A stretch of 64,000 nucleotides of DNA from Bacillota bacterium (lineage in GTDB: Bacteria; Bacillota; Sulfobacillia; JACIYH01), in NCBI GenBank assembly GCA_040757085.1, contig JBFLXJ010000023.1, forward strand, positions 64,457 through 128,456. Reading direction: 5' to 3'. The position numbers and the translations under genes are program-made. The notes beneath the pieces were generated by a model, which was not told the DNA's origin, did no database searches, and saw only the letters and a list, made by a program, of their open reading frames with translations. Below, one piece after another: positions 9,318 through 19,063 of this stretch (position 1 is its first letter; every line of letters starts with the position of its first letter).

Positions 9318-11672
9318 GTGAAGAAAGCTTTAGTGGCAGCCCTGGTACTCACATTCGTGCTCTCCATCGCTGCCACTGCCAGCGCGGCGGTGCTCACGCC
9401 GGCCAGCTTCCCCGATGTAAAGGGCCAGGCGTGCGCTGATGCCGTCGCCAAGCTGGAAGCCCTCGGCGTAGGCAAGGGCATCGACGGCAAGTGGATGCCC
9501 GAGCTCCCCGTGACCCGGGCCCAGTTCGCCACCTTCGCCGTGCGCATCCTGGGCCTGGAGAGGGTGGCGGGTTACCTGAAGGGCGCCACCAAGTTCCCCG
9601 ATGTGCCGGCTGACCACTGGGCCAGCGGGTACATCAACGTGGCCGTGGCGAAGAAGCTGGTGCTGGGCCGGGACGACGGCAAGTTCTATCCCGATGACAC
9701 CATTACCTTCGCCGAAGCCGCGACCATGCTGGGCCGTGCTCTCGGCTACGTCGACCTGCCCGGTGACTGGCCGGCCAACTACATGATCGTGGCCAGCGAG
9801 AAGAACCTCTTCAGCGGTGTCACCTTCAGCGCCGGCGACCTCGTCAACCGGGGCGATATGGCGATCCTGCTCGTCAATGCCCTTGGCGCAACCAAGGTGA
9901 AGCCGGTGCCCGACTTCCCTGGCGTGTACCAGGACACGGACCCCCCAGTTACGCTGCAGAAGGCATCCCTCAATCTTGATGTGCCGGCTACCGCGACCCT
10001 GAACGCGAATGCGGATGTCGATGCGACCTTGACCGGGCAGGAGGTCCTGCTTGGGAACACCAAGTACACCATGCCCGCCGGGATCAACACCGCGGCGCTG
10101 CTCGGGCATGAGGTCAAGTTCATAGCCGATGCCAACTACAAGGTGCTCTATGCTGAGGACGTTACTGCGGCGAGCAGCATCGTAACCGGAACTCTGAGCG
10201 CCGATGCTACCGCCACCGCCATAAAGATCGGTGACACCTCATACGGCCTGGGCGCGGCGACCGTGTTCGTCAACAAGGCCAAGGTCACTGGAGACGTCTA
10301 CCTCGCCCTTAAGAACGGGATGGACGTCACGGCGTTCCTGGGCACCGATGGCAAGGTGCGCTTCGTGGTCGGCTTTGCGTACGACGTCAAGGACGCGAAG
10401 GTGGCTGCCGTCGACACCACCAACAAGAAGATCACCGTGGTCGGCACCGCTACGCCTTACACGGTCGCGTCCAATGCCACTATCGTGAAAAACGGCGCTC
10501 CGGCGACGCTGAGTGACGTTCAGGCAGGCCAGGTCATTTATATTGCTTGCGCGCCTGGTACTGCGAACGCGCTCTACGTAGCTGTGTTCGACAAGACCGT
10601 GTCGGGTACGATGACGGCGATGCGATTTGTCGGCACCACCAAATACGTGACGGTCGGTGGCGTGGAGTACAAGGTGAGCGCCAATGCCCAGTATTCTGGC
10701 ACTGACCCAGATATCACCCTGGACGGCGCTGGGCATCCACTCGGCAGTGACCTATTTGGATATGCTGTGACCGTCACGCTGAATAAGGACGGCGAGGCCC
10801 GCATCCTCAAGTTCAGCACCACGGGGATCATCGGCACTTTCGCCGGCAAGGACGAGACAACTACTCCCGTGACGTACAAGGTAAATGTTAGGGGCAGCGA
10901 GGTGCGGCTCCAGCCAGCTACAGGCGCAAGCATCGATACGACAGTCGGTGTTGGGGATCCCGTGATCGCGAAGACGAACGCTGCCGGCAAACTCACCTCG
11001 TTGACCAAACTGGCCCAACTGGTGCCGACTGGCAAGGTGGAAGCGGTGAGCACGGCTGGCGGCAAGATCACTGTAAGCGGGGCTATGTACACCGTCGCTG
11101 CTGATGCTTACTTCCGCACTGCCACTGGTGGCTACGTTGGCCTGAGTGGCGTTAAGGTCGGTGACACGGTCGGCCTCTACGCAGTGTCCCCGGGTGGGTC
11201 CGTGGTGTTCGGGCAGTTGTCACCTGGCGTCGTGGTGACGGGCCGTACCTATGGTAAGTACCTGGGCTACGCGATAGACGAGAGCGGAGCCACGACTGCG
11301 TACTTGGACGTTAAGGGTACGACTGTTACGTACAGCGTCTACGAAGGCACTGACCCCGGCGTTACCGTAGGGGACTTCGTGTACGGCGAGATCCGTGTGG
11401 ATGGCAAGATCCAGAACGTTGCAGCCCTCACAGCCACTCTGACGAATGCCACGATCAGCGTGATCAACGATGACGGGTCGCTCACGCTGAACGAGGGCGC
11501 GGCCGTGATTAGCCTGGCGAACGCCAGCCTGTACGACACCGATGCCGCTGGCAAGGCCCCGATTCAGGCCAGTGCGCTGAAGGTCGGCGACAGGATCGAC
11601 GTGTATAAGGGCGTCGGTACGACGGACGCTGACAAGGTGGTCGTGGTCCAGAGGGTGTACGTTGCGCCGTAG
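9318..11672 (+). CDS. S-layer homology (SLH) domain surface protein, probable S-layer protein
   Basis: GTG start 9 nt after AAAGGAGG. Signal peptide MKKALVAALVLTFVLSIAATASA, three SLH repeats (FPDV..W...). Then about 600 aa of Thr/Val/Gly/Ala-rich beta-type sequence. Long lower-GC leader 9012-9317. Confidence 0.85.
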   Translation: MKKALVAALVLTFVLSIAATASAAVLTPASFPDVKGQACADAVAKLEALGVGKGIDGKWMPELPVTRAQFATFAVRILGLERVAGYLKGATKFPDVPADHWASGYINVAVAKKLVLGRDDGKFYPDDTITFAEAATMLGRALGYVDLPGDWPANYMIVASEKNLFSGVTFSAGDLVNRGDMAILLVNALGATKVKPVPDFPGVYQDTDPPVTLQKASLNLDVPATATLNANADVDATLTGQEVLLGNTKYTMPAGINTAALLGHEVKFIADANYKVLYAEDVTAASSIVTGTLSADATATAIKIGDTSYGLGAATVFVNKAKVTGDVYLALKNGMDVTAFLGTDGKVRFVVGFAYDVKDAKVAAVDTTNKKITVVGTATPYTVASNATIVKNGAPATLSDVQAGQVIYIACAPGTANALYVAVFDKTVSGTMTAMRFVGTTKYVTVGGVEYKVSANAQYSGTDPDITLDGAGHPLGSDLFGYAVTVTLNKDGEARILKFSTTGIIGTFAGKDETTTPVTYKVNVRGSEVRLQPATGASIDTTVGVGDPVIAKTNAAGKLTSLTKLAQLVPTGKVEAVSTAGGKITVSGAMYTVAADAYFRTATGGYVGLSGVKVGDTVGLYAVSPGGSVVFGQLSPGVVVTGRTYGKYLGYAIDESGATTAYLDVKGTTVTYSVYEGTDPGVTVGDFVYGEIRVDGKIQNVAALTATLTNATISVINDDGSLTLNEGAAVISLANASLYDTDAAGKAPIQASALKVGDRIDVYKGVGTTDADKVVVVQRVYVAP

Positions 11673-11697
11673 CACGGGGCAAGGCGTGGGGGGCGCG

Positions 11698-13152
11698 ATG
11701 AGCGCCCCCCAATTGCTTTCTATGGGGGGCTTGAAAGTGAGGAGGACGCGCGGTCGCGCGGTTGCGGTTGTAGTTCTCGTGTTCGTGGTGGCGGCATCGG
11801 CTGCCGTGGGGCTGTTGCCTTGGCGTGTTGCTTCGGGACAGGGCGAAGTTGGTGACGGGCCTGGCGAGACGGCGTTCCGGCAGGCAATGGCCCTGGTGCA
11901 GAGCCTTGCATTGCGGTCCGTCCCGGTGGAACGGCTGTGGCGCGGGGCGCTCGAGGGCATGGTCAGGGCATTGGGAGACCAGTATTCCGCGTACCTGTCC
12001 CCGGAAGCGGTCGAAGCCTTCTTGCAGGGAGTGAAGGGGACATTCGAGGGGATCGGGGTAACCATCGAGATGCGAGATAATCAGGTGACGGTCGTGTCCC
12101 CCATCCCCGGGTCTCCCGCGGAGAGAGCTGGCCTCCGCCCGAGAGATCGTATCTTGAAGGTGGATGGCGAAAATGTCAGTGGGTTGACGCTCGAGGAGGT
12201 GGGGTCCAGGATTCGGGGACCTGCCGGAACGGACGTGACGTTGGAGGTCGCGAGGCCCGGGATGGAGGGCACCGTACAGGTGGTTGTGCAGCGCGCTCGG
12301 GTGGCCTTGCCCAGCCTGGAGTGGCGGCCGCTGGGGGACGGGGTGGGGTACATCCGCATACTACAGTTTAGCTCCGGTTCCGCTCTGGAGTTCAGGGAAG
12401 CCCTGGCGATTCTTCGACGTGATCACGGGGTGCGGGGGCTGGTACTGGACTTGCGCAACAACGGTGGCGGTATCGTGGAAGAAGCGAAGGAAGTGGCGTC
12501 GCTCCTTGTACCTCCGGGCCCGATTGCGCTGCTGGTGCAAAGGATTGAGGGGGAAAGGGTGTTGCGCGTCGACGGGTCTCCGTCGCCCGTGCCCGTGGCT
12601 GTGCTGGTCAACGGGGGCACGGCCAGCGCAGCGGAGTTATTGGCTGGTGCGATCAGAGATCGAGGCGTGGGGATTCTCGTTGGCAGTCCGACTTTTGGTA
12701 AGGGGACGATGCAGGGGTTGTACCCTCTCGCGGACGGGGGAGCCGTCAGGCTTACGGTGGCGGCTTATCTCACTCCCCGGGGGCATTACATCGAAGGATA
12801 TGGGTTGCAGCCAGACATCGAGATCCCTGAAGAGTCCGCTCGGCCTGCCTGGAATCAGACGTTGAGTTGGCGAAGGGTGTTGAAAAAGGGAATCGTCGGG
12901 CTCGATGTCCTCTCGTTGCAGCAGGTGCTGGAGGAGCTGGGGTTTGATTGCGGTGAACCCGACGGCATATTTGGGCCGAGGACCGAGAGGGCCGTTCGCG
13001 CCTTTCAGGCAGGCAGAGGCATGAGGGCTACCGGAGTGGTCGATGAAGCCACGCTGCGTGAGATCTGCCGGCAACCGGGGGTGAATGGGCCAGACGTTGC
13101 TCTCGAGCGAGCAAAGGAGTGGGTGCTGGGCCGGATGGGTAATGCTCGGTGA
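11698..13152 (+). CDS. S41 carboxyl-terminal processing protease (CtpA-like) with PDZ and C-terminal peptidoglycan-binding domain
   Basis: S41 motifs LVLDLRNNGGG and GGTASAAELLAGAIRDRGVGILVGSPTFGKGTMQ. PDZ region. C-terminal PG_binding_1-like LDVLSLQQVLEELGFDCGEPDGIFGPRTERAVRAFQ. Signal/TM AVAVVVLVFVVAASAAVG. Start could be 11662-11737. Confidence 0.8.
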   Translation: MSAPQLLSMGGLKVRRTRGRAVAVVVLVFVVAASAAVGLLPWRVASGQGEVGDGPGETAFRQAMALVQSLALRSVPVERLWRGALEGMVRALGDQYSAYLSPEAVEAFLQGVKGTFEGIGVTIEMRDNQVTVVSPIPGSPAERAGLRPRDRILKVDGENVSGLTLEEVGSRIRGPAGTDVTLEVARPGMEGTVQVVVQRARVALPSLEWRPLGDGVGYIRILQFSSGSALEFREALAILRRDHGVRGLVLDLRNNGGGIVEEAKEVASLLVPPGPIALLVQRIEGERVLRVDGSPSPVPVAVLVNGGTASAAELLAGAIRDRGVGILVGSPTFGKGTMQGLYPLADGGAVRLTVAAYLTPRGHYIEGYGLQPDIEIPEESARPAWNQTLSWRRVLKKGIVGLDVLSLQQVLEELGFDCGEPDGIFGPRTERAVRAFQAGRGMRATGVVDEATLREICRQPGVNGPDVALERAKEWVLGRMGNAR

Positions 13153-13256
13153 GGTTCGGGCATAAGCGGGAGGATGCGGCCGGGATAATGGCGAAGTGAC
13201 CCTGACGGTGTTGATAACACGGCTGACGGGCGCCTCTTCGGGGGGCGTGATCGAGT

Positions 13257-14651
13257 TTGAGCAGAATGCGGAGCTTGTCAATTGTTTGTGTGGTGGGGGT
13301 CAGCCTGGTGGGGCTGGCCGTGCTGGGGCCGTCGGGGTCGGGTGGGGCCCAAAGCCCCGGTTCCGATGGCCTAGCTGCCTTTGTGACGGCGGTGCAGTTG
13401 ATCCGGGATAAGGCCATATCCCCGTTCAACGAGCGCGGTGGCTGGGATGTGCTGTTGGAAGCGCTGGTGAGGACATTGGGAGACCCTTACGCCGAGTACA
13501 TACCGCCCGGGGAATATGCCGGGTTGCGCGACGGCGGCGTCAGCGGCATAGGCATCATGGTGGACGTCGTCCGGGGAGAGCCGACCGTGATGGCGGTGGC
13601 GGCGGGGTCGAGCGCGGAGAGGGCGGGGATCGTGCCCGGCGATGTGATCCTGGAGGTGGCGGGGTGGCCCGCATACGGCTTGTCTGCCGGTGAGATCGAG
13701 CGGCTCACGCGGGGGGCGGCCGGGTCGCAGGTGACACTGCTCCTGCGGCGGTCCTCGGGGGCGCTCAGCCGGGTGACGCTGCGGCGACAGGAGATGCCGG
13801 CGCAGAGCCTGCGGCTGCAGATCCTACCCGGTGACGTGGCGTACCTGCGGATTTCCCGGTTCGAGGAGGGGACGGGTCGGGATTTCCGCGGCTTGGTGGA
13901 GGTGCTGCGCGACTGGGGCATTCGGCGCTACGTCCTGGATCTGCGCAACAACCCCGGTGGCCTGGTTTCGGAGGCGGTGGAGGCAGCCCAGGCGTTCGTC
14001 CCCGCGGGCGTGGTGGGCTTCGCCATGGACCGGCGCGGCAAGCTGGAGGTGCTGCGTTCCTACTCGTCCTCGTGGGATTTCCGGCTGGTGGTCTTGGTGG
14101 ACCAGGACACGGCTAGCGCGGCGGAGTTGCTGGCCGGCGCCATCCAGGACCGGGGCGTGGGCAAGGTGGTGGGTACCCGCACCACGGGGAAAGCGGCCGT
14201 GCAGAACGTGTTTCCCCTGCCCAACGGGGGCGTTCTGCGCATTTCCGTGGCGCGCTATCTTACGCCGAACGCACGCTCCATATACGGGATGGGGATCACG
14301 CCAGACGTGGTGGTGGCCGGGCGGCGACCTCTGGGCGACGAGGTGCAGCTACCGCTCCTCCCGACCGGGACGACCATCAAGTACGGTGCGCGCGGGTCCG
14401 CTGTGCGGGCGTTGCAGCAGTACCTGGCGGCGCTGGGGTTCAATCCGGGACCTATCGACGGTGTGTTTGGCCCCCGCACCCGGGCGGCGCTGATCCGTTT
14501 TCAGCAGTGGGAGGGGCTATCGCCCGCGGGGGTGGCCGATACCGCGACGCTTGCTGCCCTGCGGCGTGCCCCCTTTGACTGGCCCAGGGTGCGGCCCGCG
14601 GGTCAGGATCCCCAGCTTGACCGGGCCCTGGATCTGCTAGGAGCCCGGTGA
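13257..14651 (+). CDS. second S41 carboxyl-terminal processing protease paralog with C-terminal peptidoglycan-binding domain
   Basis: YVLDLRNNPGG, DTASAAELLAGAIQDRGVGKVVGTRTTGKAAVQ, C-terminal YGARGSAVRALQQYLAALGFNPGPIDGVFGPRTRAALIRFQ. Signal peptide SIVCVVGVSLVGLAVLG. Confidence 0.8.
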   Translation: MSRMRSLSIVCVVGVSLVGLAVLGPSGSGGAQSPGSDGLAAFVTAVQLIRDKAISPFNERGGWDVLLEALVRTLGDPYAEYIPPGEYAGLRDGGVSGIGIMVDVVRGEPTVMAVAAGSSAERAGIVPGDVILEVAGWPAYGLSAGEIERLTRGAAGSQVTLLLRRSSGALSRVTLRRQEMPAQSLRLQILPGDVAYLRISRFEEGTGRDFRGLVEVLRDWGIRRYVLDLRNNPGGLVSEAVEAAQAFVPAGVVGFAMDRRGKLEVLRSYSSSWDFRLVVLVDQDTASAAELLAGAIQDRGVGKVVGTRTTGKAAVQNVFPLPNGGVLRISVARYLTPNARSIYGMGITPDVVVAGRRPLGDEVQLPLLPTGTTIKYGARGSAVRALQQYLAALGFNPGPIDGVFGPRTRAALIRFQQWEGLSPAGVADTATLAALRRAPFDWPRVRPAGQDPQLDRALDLLGAR

Positions 14652-14809
14652 GAGGCACGGGAGTCGCGGGCGGCCGGGAAGATGCAACATTTGGCTGGGT
14701 ATTGACGTCATATAGCGGGAACGGCGAACCGCGTGCACGTCTCTGCGGGTTCCCGCGTGCCGGGGCGCATGTGGGACCTCGCGGTTGCAAGGGCCGGGCA
14801 TTCCGGGGG

Positions 14810-15664
14810 GTGGGTGGTATTCCGCTTGTTGTGCTGCGGGACGTGCACAAGACGTACCGCATCGGGAAAGTGGAGGTGCCAGCCCTACGGGGGATCACCC
14901 TGGAGGTGGAAGAAGGCGAGTTTACCTCGGTGATGGGCCCCTCGGGCTCGGGGAAGTCCACGCTGCTCAACATCATCGGGTGCCTCGACCATCCCGGTCG
15001 GGGCACTTACATACTGGGTGGCAGGGAAGTCAACGGCCTGGGGGATGCCGCCCTGGCCGCCATCCGCAACCGCATGGTGGGGTTCGTATTCCAGAGCTTC
15101 CACCTGCTGCTCCGGATGACGGCACGGCAGAACGTGGAATTGCCGCTCGTCTACCGCGGGGTGCCGCCCCGGGAGAGGCGGCGGCGAGCGGAGGAGGCCC
15201 TGGCCGCCGTGGGGCTGGAGGCGGAGGCGTCGCGCCGTCCCACCGAGCTCTCCGGGGGGCAGCAGCAGCGGGTGGCCATCGCCCGTGCCCTGGTGGGGGA
15301 GCCGGCTTTGCTCCTGGCCGACGAACCCACCGGCAACCTGGACAGTCGCACCGGCGAGGAGCTGATGGAGTTGTTCTCCCGGCTGAACCGGGAGCGGGGG
15401 ATTACCATCCTGCAGGTGACTCACGACGAGCGCATGGCGCGCTACAGCCGGCGGGTCGTGCGCCTGCAGGACGGCCAGATCGTGTCCGACGGGCCGCCTC
15501 ACGGGCGCCCGTCGCCGGCCACGCGTGACGGTTGCATGGTGCCGGCCCGGGAAGACGGTGGGCCGGGGGCCGGCACGTGCGTGTACAGCGCGGCGGGGGA
15601 CGCGGGAGCCGCGTCGCCGCGTATTGGCGGGACGGGTGCTGCGCAACCGGGGCAGGAGGGGTAA
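14810..15664 (+). CDS. ABC transporter ATP-binding protein (MacB/LolD family) with C-terminal low-complexity tail
   Basis: Walker [10 protein letters not shown], signature [15 protein letters not shown], Walker [16 protein letters not shown] start at 14810 chosen because the conserved N-terminus begins at [11 protein letters not shown]. The track ORF start at 14648 is probably upstream of the true start. About 55 aa Gly/Ala/Pro tail. Confidence 0.85.
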   Translation: MGGIPLVVLRDVHKTYRIGKVEVPALRGITLEVEEGEFTSVMGPSGSGKSTLLNIIGCLDHPGRGTYILGGREVNGLGDAALAAIRNRMVGFVFQSFHLLLRMTARQNVELPLVYRGVPPRERRRRAEEALAAVGLEAEASRRPTELSGGQQQRVAIARALVGEPALLLADEPTGNLDSRTGEELMELFSRLNRERGITILQVTHDERMARYSRRVVRLQDGQIVSDGPPHGRPSPATRDGCMVPAREDGGPGAGTCVYSAAGDAGAASPRIGGTGAAQPGQEG

Positions 15665-15667
15665 GAG

Positions 15668-17314
15668 ATGTGGCGCCGGATCGTCGGCTGGGTAGTGGTG
15701 GCAGTCATCCTGGTGGGGGGCGGGACGTTTGCCTACAAGAAGCTCCTGCCCAAGCCGGAGGAGCCGGCGGGGCCGGTGTATGCCACCGCCAGGGTCAAGC
15801 GCGGCGACCTGAAGGTTACCGTGGAGGGAACGGGGCAGCTACAGCCCATCTTCCTGAGTGAGCTTACCGCGGCGGCCGACGGCACGCTCGTGTCCGTGGA
15901 GGTGCAGCGCGGCCAGCGGGTGGAGGCCGGCCAGCTGGTGGCCACGCTGCGCAACGACCAGATCGGGTATGAGTTGCAGGAACTCATGTTCCAGGTGGAG
16001 CAGGCGCGGTTGGAACTGGCGAGCGTCCTGGGGGTGCCGCCGGAGCAGGTAACCAGGGTGGACCCGAACCGGGGCGTGCAGATCTCGGCTCCCATCTCCG
16101 GGCGGGTGACCGAGCTCAGGCTGAAGAACGGGGACGCCGTTGAGGAAGGCGCCCTGGTGGCGCGCATCGTGGACGACGCCACCGTGGTGTCCATCGCCGA
16201 GGTGAACCCCGGTGACGTCAAATACATCAGCGTGGGTCAGAAAGCCCAGCTGTGGTTCGAGGAGTTCGCCGCTCCGGTGGAGGGGACGGTGACGGCGGTG
16301 GATGACACTCCGGTGCCCAAGGACAACTACCTGGTGTGCCGGGTCACCATTGAAGCGCAGAACAGGGGCCTGCTGAAGCCGGGGATGAAGTACCGCCTCA
16401 CCATCCTGGCCGCGCGCGGCCCCATCGAGGTGGGCGAGCCCCAGACCATCGACCGCTACAAGGCCGAGGATGTGGTGCGCAGCTCAGCCAGGGGGACCGT
16501 CACCCGGGTGCACGTCAAGGATATGCAGCGCGTGGAAAAGGGCGACCCCATCGTCAGCCTGGGGGGCGAGAGCACCCGCCGCTACATCGAGCAGAAGCAG
16601 CTCGAGATCCGCCAGAAGGAGCTGCAGATCGCCCAGAAGGAGGACATCCGCAACAAGCTGGAGATCCGTTCCCCGATTGCGGGCACCGTGGCCTGGATCT
16701 GGGCCAACCCCGGTATGAAGGTCCAGGCGGGCCAGAGCATCGGTTCCATCTTCGACAACAGCCGCATGAACCTCAACATCATGATCGACGAGCTGGACGT
16801 GGTGAACGTAAAGGAGGGGCAGGAGGCGACCATCACCGTCGAGGCCCTTCCCGGCAGGAGCTGGAAGGCCAGGGTGTTGCGGGTGGACATGATGGGCCAC
16901 ACTGAGGGCGGCTTTGCCCAGTACGGCTGCTTCCTGGAGGTAGAGGGCACCGAGGAGCTCAAGCCGGGCATGACCGCCAACGTGAGCATCTTCGTGGACG
17001 AGAAGAAGGACGTCCTGCTCATCCCCATCGAGGCCGTATACGAAGAGGACGGCGAAGCCAGGGTGGATGTGCTCACCGAGAAGGGTCCGGAGAGCGTGCC
17101 GGTGAAGATCGGCCTGTGCAATGACCGGTGGGCCGAGGTGCTGGCAGGGCTGGAGGAGGGCCAGGTGGTGATCACGGGCAGCTCCCTGGAACGTCTCGGT
17201 CCCCAGAAGCCTCCCGAGCAGAAGGAGGGTCTGGTGCTCCCCGGTACCGGGAAGACCCCCGGCGGAAAGGCGCCGGGTACGAAGCCCGTCCCGCCGCCCG
17301 GAGGTGGCAGGTAG
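15668..17314 (+). CDS. HlyD/MacA-family periplasmic adaptor (membrane fusion protein)
   Basis: N-terminal TM (IVGWVVVAVILVGGG), beta-sandwich hairpins ISAPISGRVTELRLKNGDAVEEGALVARI and IRSPIAGTVAWIWANPGMKVQAGQSIGSI, coiled-coil segment. Confidence 0.8.
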   Translation: MWRRIVGWVVVAVILVGGGTFAYKKLLPKPEEPAGPVYATARVKRGDLKVTVEGTGQLQPIFLSELTAAADGTLVSVEVQRGQRVEAGQLVATLRNDQIGYELQELMFQVEQARLELASVLGVPPEQVTRVDPNRGVQISAPISGRVTELRLKNGDAVEEGALVARIVDDATVVSIAEVNPGDVKYISVGQKAQLWFEEFAAPVEGTVTAVDDTPVPKDNYLVCRVTIEAQNRGLLKPGMKYRLTILAARGPIEVGEPQTIDRYKAEDVVRSSARGTVTRVHVKDMQRVEKGDPIVSLGGESTRRYIEQKQLEIRQKELQIAQKEDIRNKLEIRSPIAGTVAWIWANPGMKVQAGQSIGSIFDNSRMNLNIMIDELDVVNVKEGQEATITVEALPGRSWKARVLRVDMMGHTEGGFAQYGCFLEVEGTEELKPGMTANVSIFVDEKKDVLLIPIEAVYEEDGEARVDVLTEKGPESVPVKIGLCNDRWAEVLAGLEEGQVVITGSSLERLGPQKPPEQKEGLVLPGTGKTPGGKAPGTKPVPPPGGGR

Positions 17315-18797
17315 CATGTCCCTCCAGCAGTCGCGACATTCCCCCCGGCATCGCCCGTGGGCGGGCTTGCCGCAGGCCCTGTGGTCTTTTCTCACGGTGC
17401 GTTTGTTCCCCAGGGCTGTGTGGGCGGGGTTGTGGACCGGCTGGGTGCGGTTCGCCTTCAGCCTGGGCACGGCCGTCGATGGTCTGGCCAGCCACCGCCT
17501 GCGTTCGGCCATCGCCATGGTGGGAGTCACCATAGGGGTGGCCTCGGTGGTGAGCCTGGTGGCCATCGGCGAGGGTGCGCGCCTGGTCATCGTCCGCCAG
17601 TTCCAGAGCCTGGGCACCAACCTCATCAAGATCGAGAGTCATCACTGGCGGGCCGAATTGCGCCCCCAGGACGCCATCGAGCTGGAAGAACGCGTGCCCA
17701 CCATCTCGGTGGCCATGCCGGTGGTGAAGGCCGATGCCGACGTCAAGTGGCGCCGGGTGCGAGCCCAGGTCAAGCTGCTGGGAGTGACCGAGGATTTCCC
17801 CTACCTGCGCGAGCACGCCATGGCGGCAGGGCACTTCTTCACCCACCTGCACGTGGCCAATCGCCTGCGGGTGGCGGTGGTGGGCTACAACCTGGTGGAT
17901 GACCTGTTCCAGGGCCGCAATCCCGTGGGACAGCGCCTTTACATCGGGTACCAGCGGTTCACCGTGATCGGCGTGCTCGCCCCCAAGGGGGCGGGTATGG
18001 CCGACGACATCGACAACAAAATCGTCATCCCGGTGACCGCCGCGCAGCGGCTGACGCGGCAGTACAGGGTGAACGAGATCTGGTGCAAGGCCGTCAGCAA
18101 GGATACGGTGGACGCGGCGGTGGCGCAGATCAGCCGCATCTACCGCAAGAAGTTCGGCATCACCGACGAGCAGCCAGCCGAGGGCGAGGAGGGTCCCGGC
18201 CAGCCCGGCGTGTTGCCCGGGGCAATCATGAAGGGCGGCCGCGTGGTGATCGGTCGTCCCGTGGGGCCCTACGCGCCGCCGGTGCGCATGGAGGAGCCGC
18301 GGCCGCCCGGAGCGTCCGAGCGCGATCAGGGCCAGCAGCAGGAAGTGCCGCCCAGCGCCATCCTGTCGGTGACCAGCCTCAACGAACTCGTGCAGGAGGC
18401 GTCCAAGGCCAACCGGGTGATGACCCTCATGCTGGGTGCCATCGCCGGGGTGTCGCTGCTCGTGGGTGGTCTGGGCATCATGAACATCATGCTGGTGTCG
18501 GTCACCGAGCGCACGGCGGAAATTGGCCTGCGCAAGGCCCTGGGCGCACGGCGCAGCGACCTGATTCTGCAGTTTCTGCTGGAAGCGCTCCTGATCAGCG
18601 TGGTGGGCGGCCTGGTGGGGATCGCCACCGGGTGGTTGGGGACCGGGGTGATCGAGCGCTACGGCATCGAGACGGCCATGACCTGGACCGGCTCCTGGGC
18701 TGCCCTGGGGGCCGCCCTGCTGGTGGGCCTCATATTTGGCGTCTACCCGGCGTACCAGGCATCCGGCCTCTCCCCGGCGGAAGCCCTCCGCAAGTAG
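17304..18797 (+). CDS. ABC transporter permease, MacB/FtsX family
   Basis: C-terminal FtsX-like 4-TM bundle (LGAIAGVSLLVGGLGIMNIMLVSVTERTAEIGLRKALGARRSDL...). Carries a low-complexity insertion (EGEEGPGQPGVLPG...PPVRMEEPRPPGASERDQGQQQ) in the periplasmic domain. Confidence 0.85.
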   Translation: MAGSMSLQQSRHSPRHRPWAGLPQALWSFLTVRLFPRAVWAGLWTGWVRFAFSLGTAVDGLASHRLRSAIAMVGVTIGVASVVSLVAIGEGARLVIVRQFQSLGTNLIKIESHHWRAELRPQDAIELEERVPTISVAMPVVKADADVKWRRVRAQVKLLGVTEDFPYLREHAMAAGHFFTHLHVANRLRVAVVGYNLVDDLFQGRNPVGQRLYIGYQRFTVIGVLAPKGAGMADDIDNKIVIPVTAAQRLTRQYRVNEIWCKAVSKDTVDAAVAQISRIYRKKFGITDEQPAEGEEGPGQPGVLPGAIMKGGRVVIGRPVGPYAPPVRMEEPRPPGASERDQGQQQEVPPSAILSVTSLNELVQEASKANRVMTLMLGAIAGVSLLVGGLGIMNIMLVSVTERTAEIGLRKALGARRSDLILQFLLEALLISVVGGLVGIATGWLGTGVIERYGIETAMTWTGSWAALGAALLVGLIFGVYPAYQASGLSPAEALRK

Positions 18798-18886
18798 CCC
18801 GGGGCGCTGACCTCCCCGCCCCCGCCCGAATCACCGATGTGCCGGAGAAATTCCGGGGTGCTGTCCCGGAGTGAGGGGGGAGCGGG

Positions 18887-18964
18887 GTGCGTTGGTTTGT
18901 CCTGATAGGTGTGGCTGTGGGGCTTCTCGCCGGGCTGGTGGTGGCGGGGGCGGGTTGCGGCTGA
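18887..18964 (+). other. lipoprotein-type signal peptide ORF (VRWFVLIGVAVGLLAGLVVAGAGCG) ending in TGA, in frame with the downstream beta-propeller gene
   Basis: Direct codon-by-codon reading: GTG at 18887, hydrophobic core and a lipobox-like AGC, then TGA at 18962. Same frame as CDS 19064..20251, with an open frame between them. Confidence 0.4.
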
Positions 18965-19063
18965 CCACTCCGCACGGGTGCGCTGCCCGGTCAGGGGCAG
19001 CAGGGTGATGATTCCGGGGCGCCGTGTGGGGGCGGTGCCGCCGAGCCCCCGCCGGCAGCTGTT

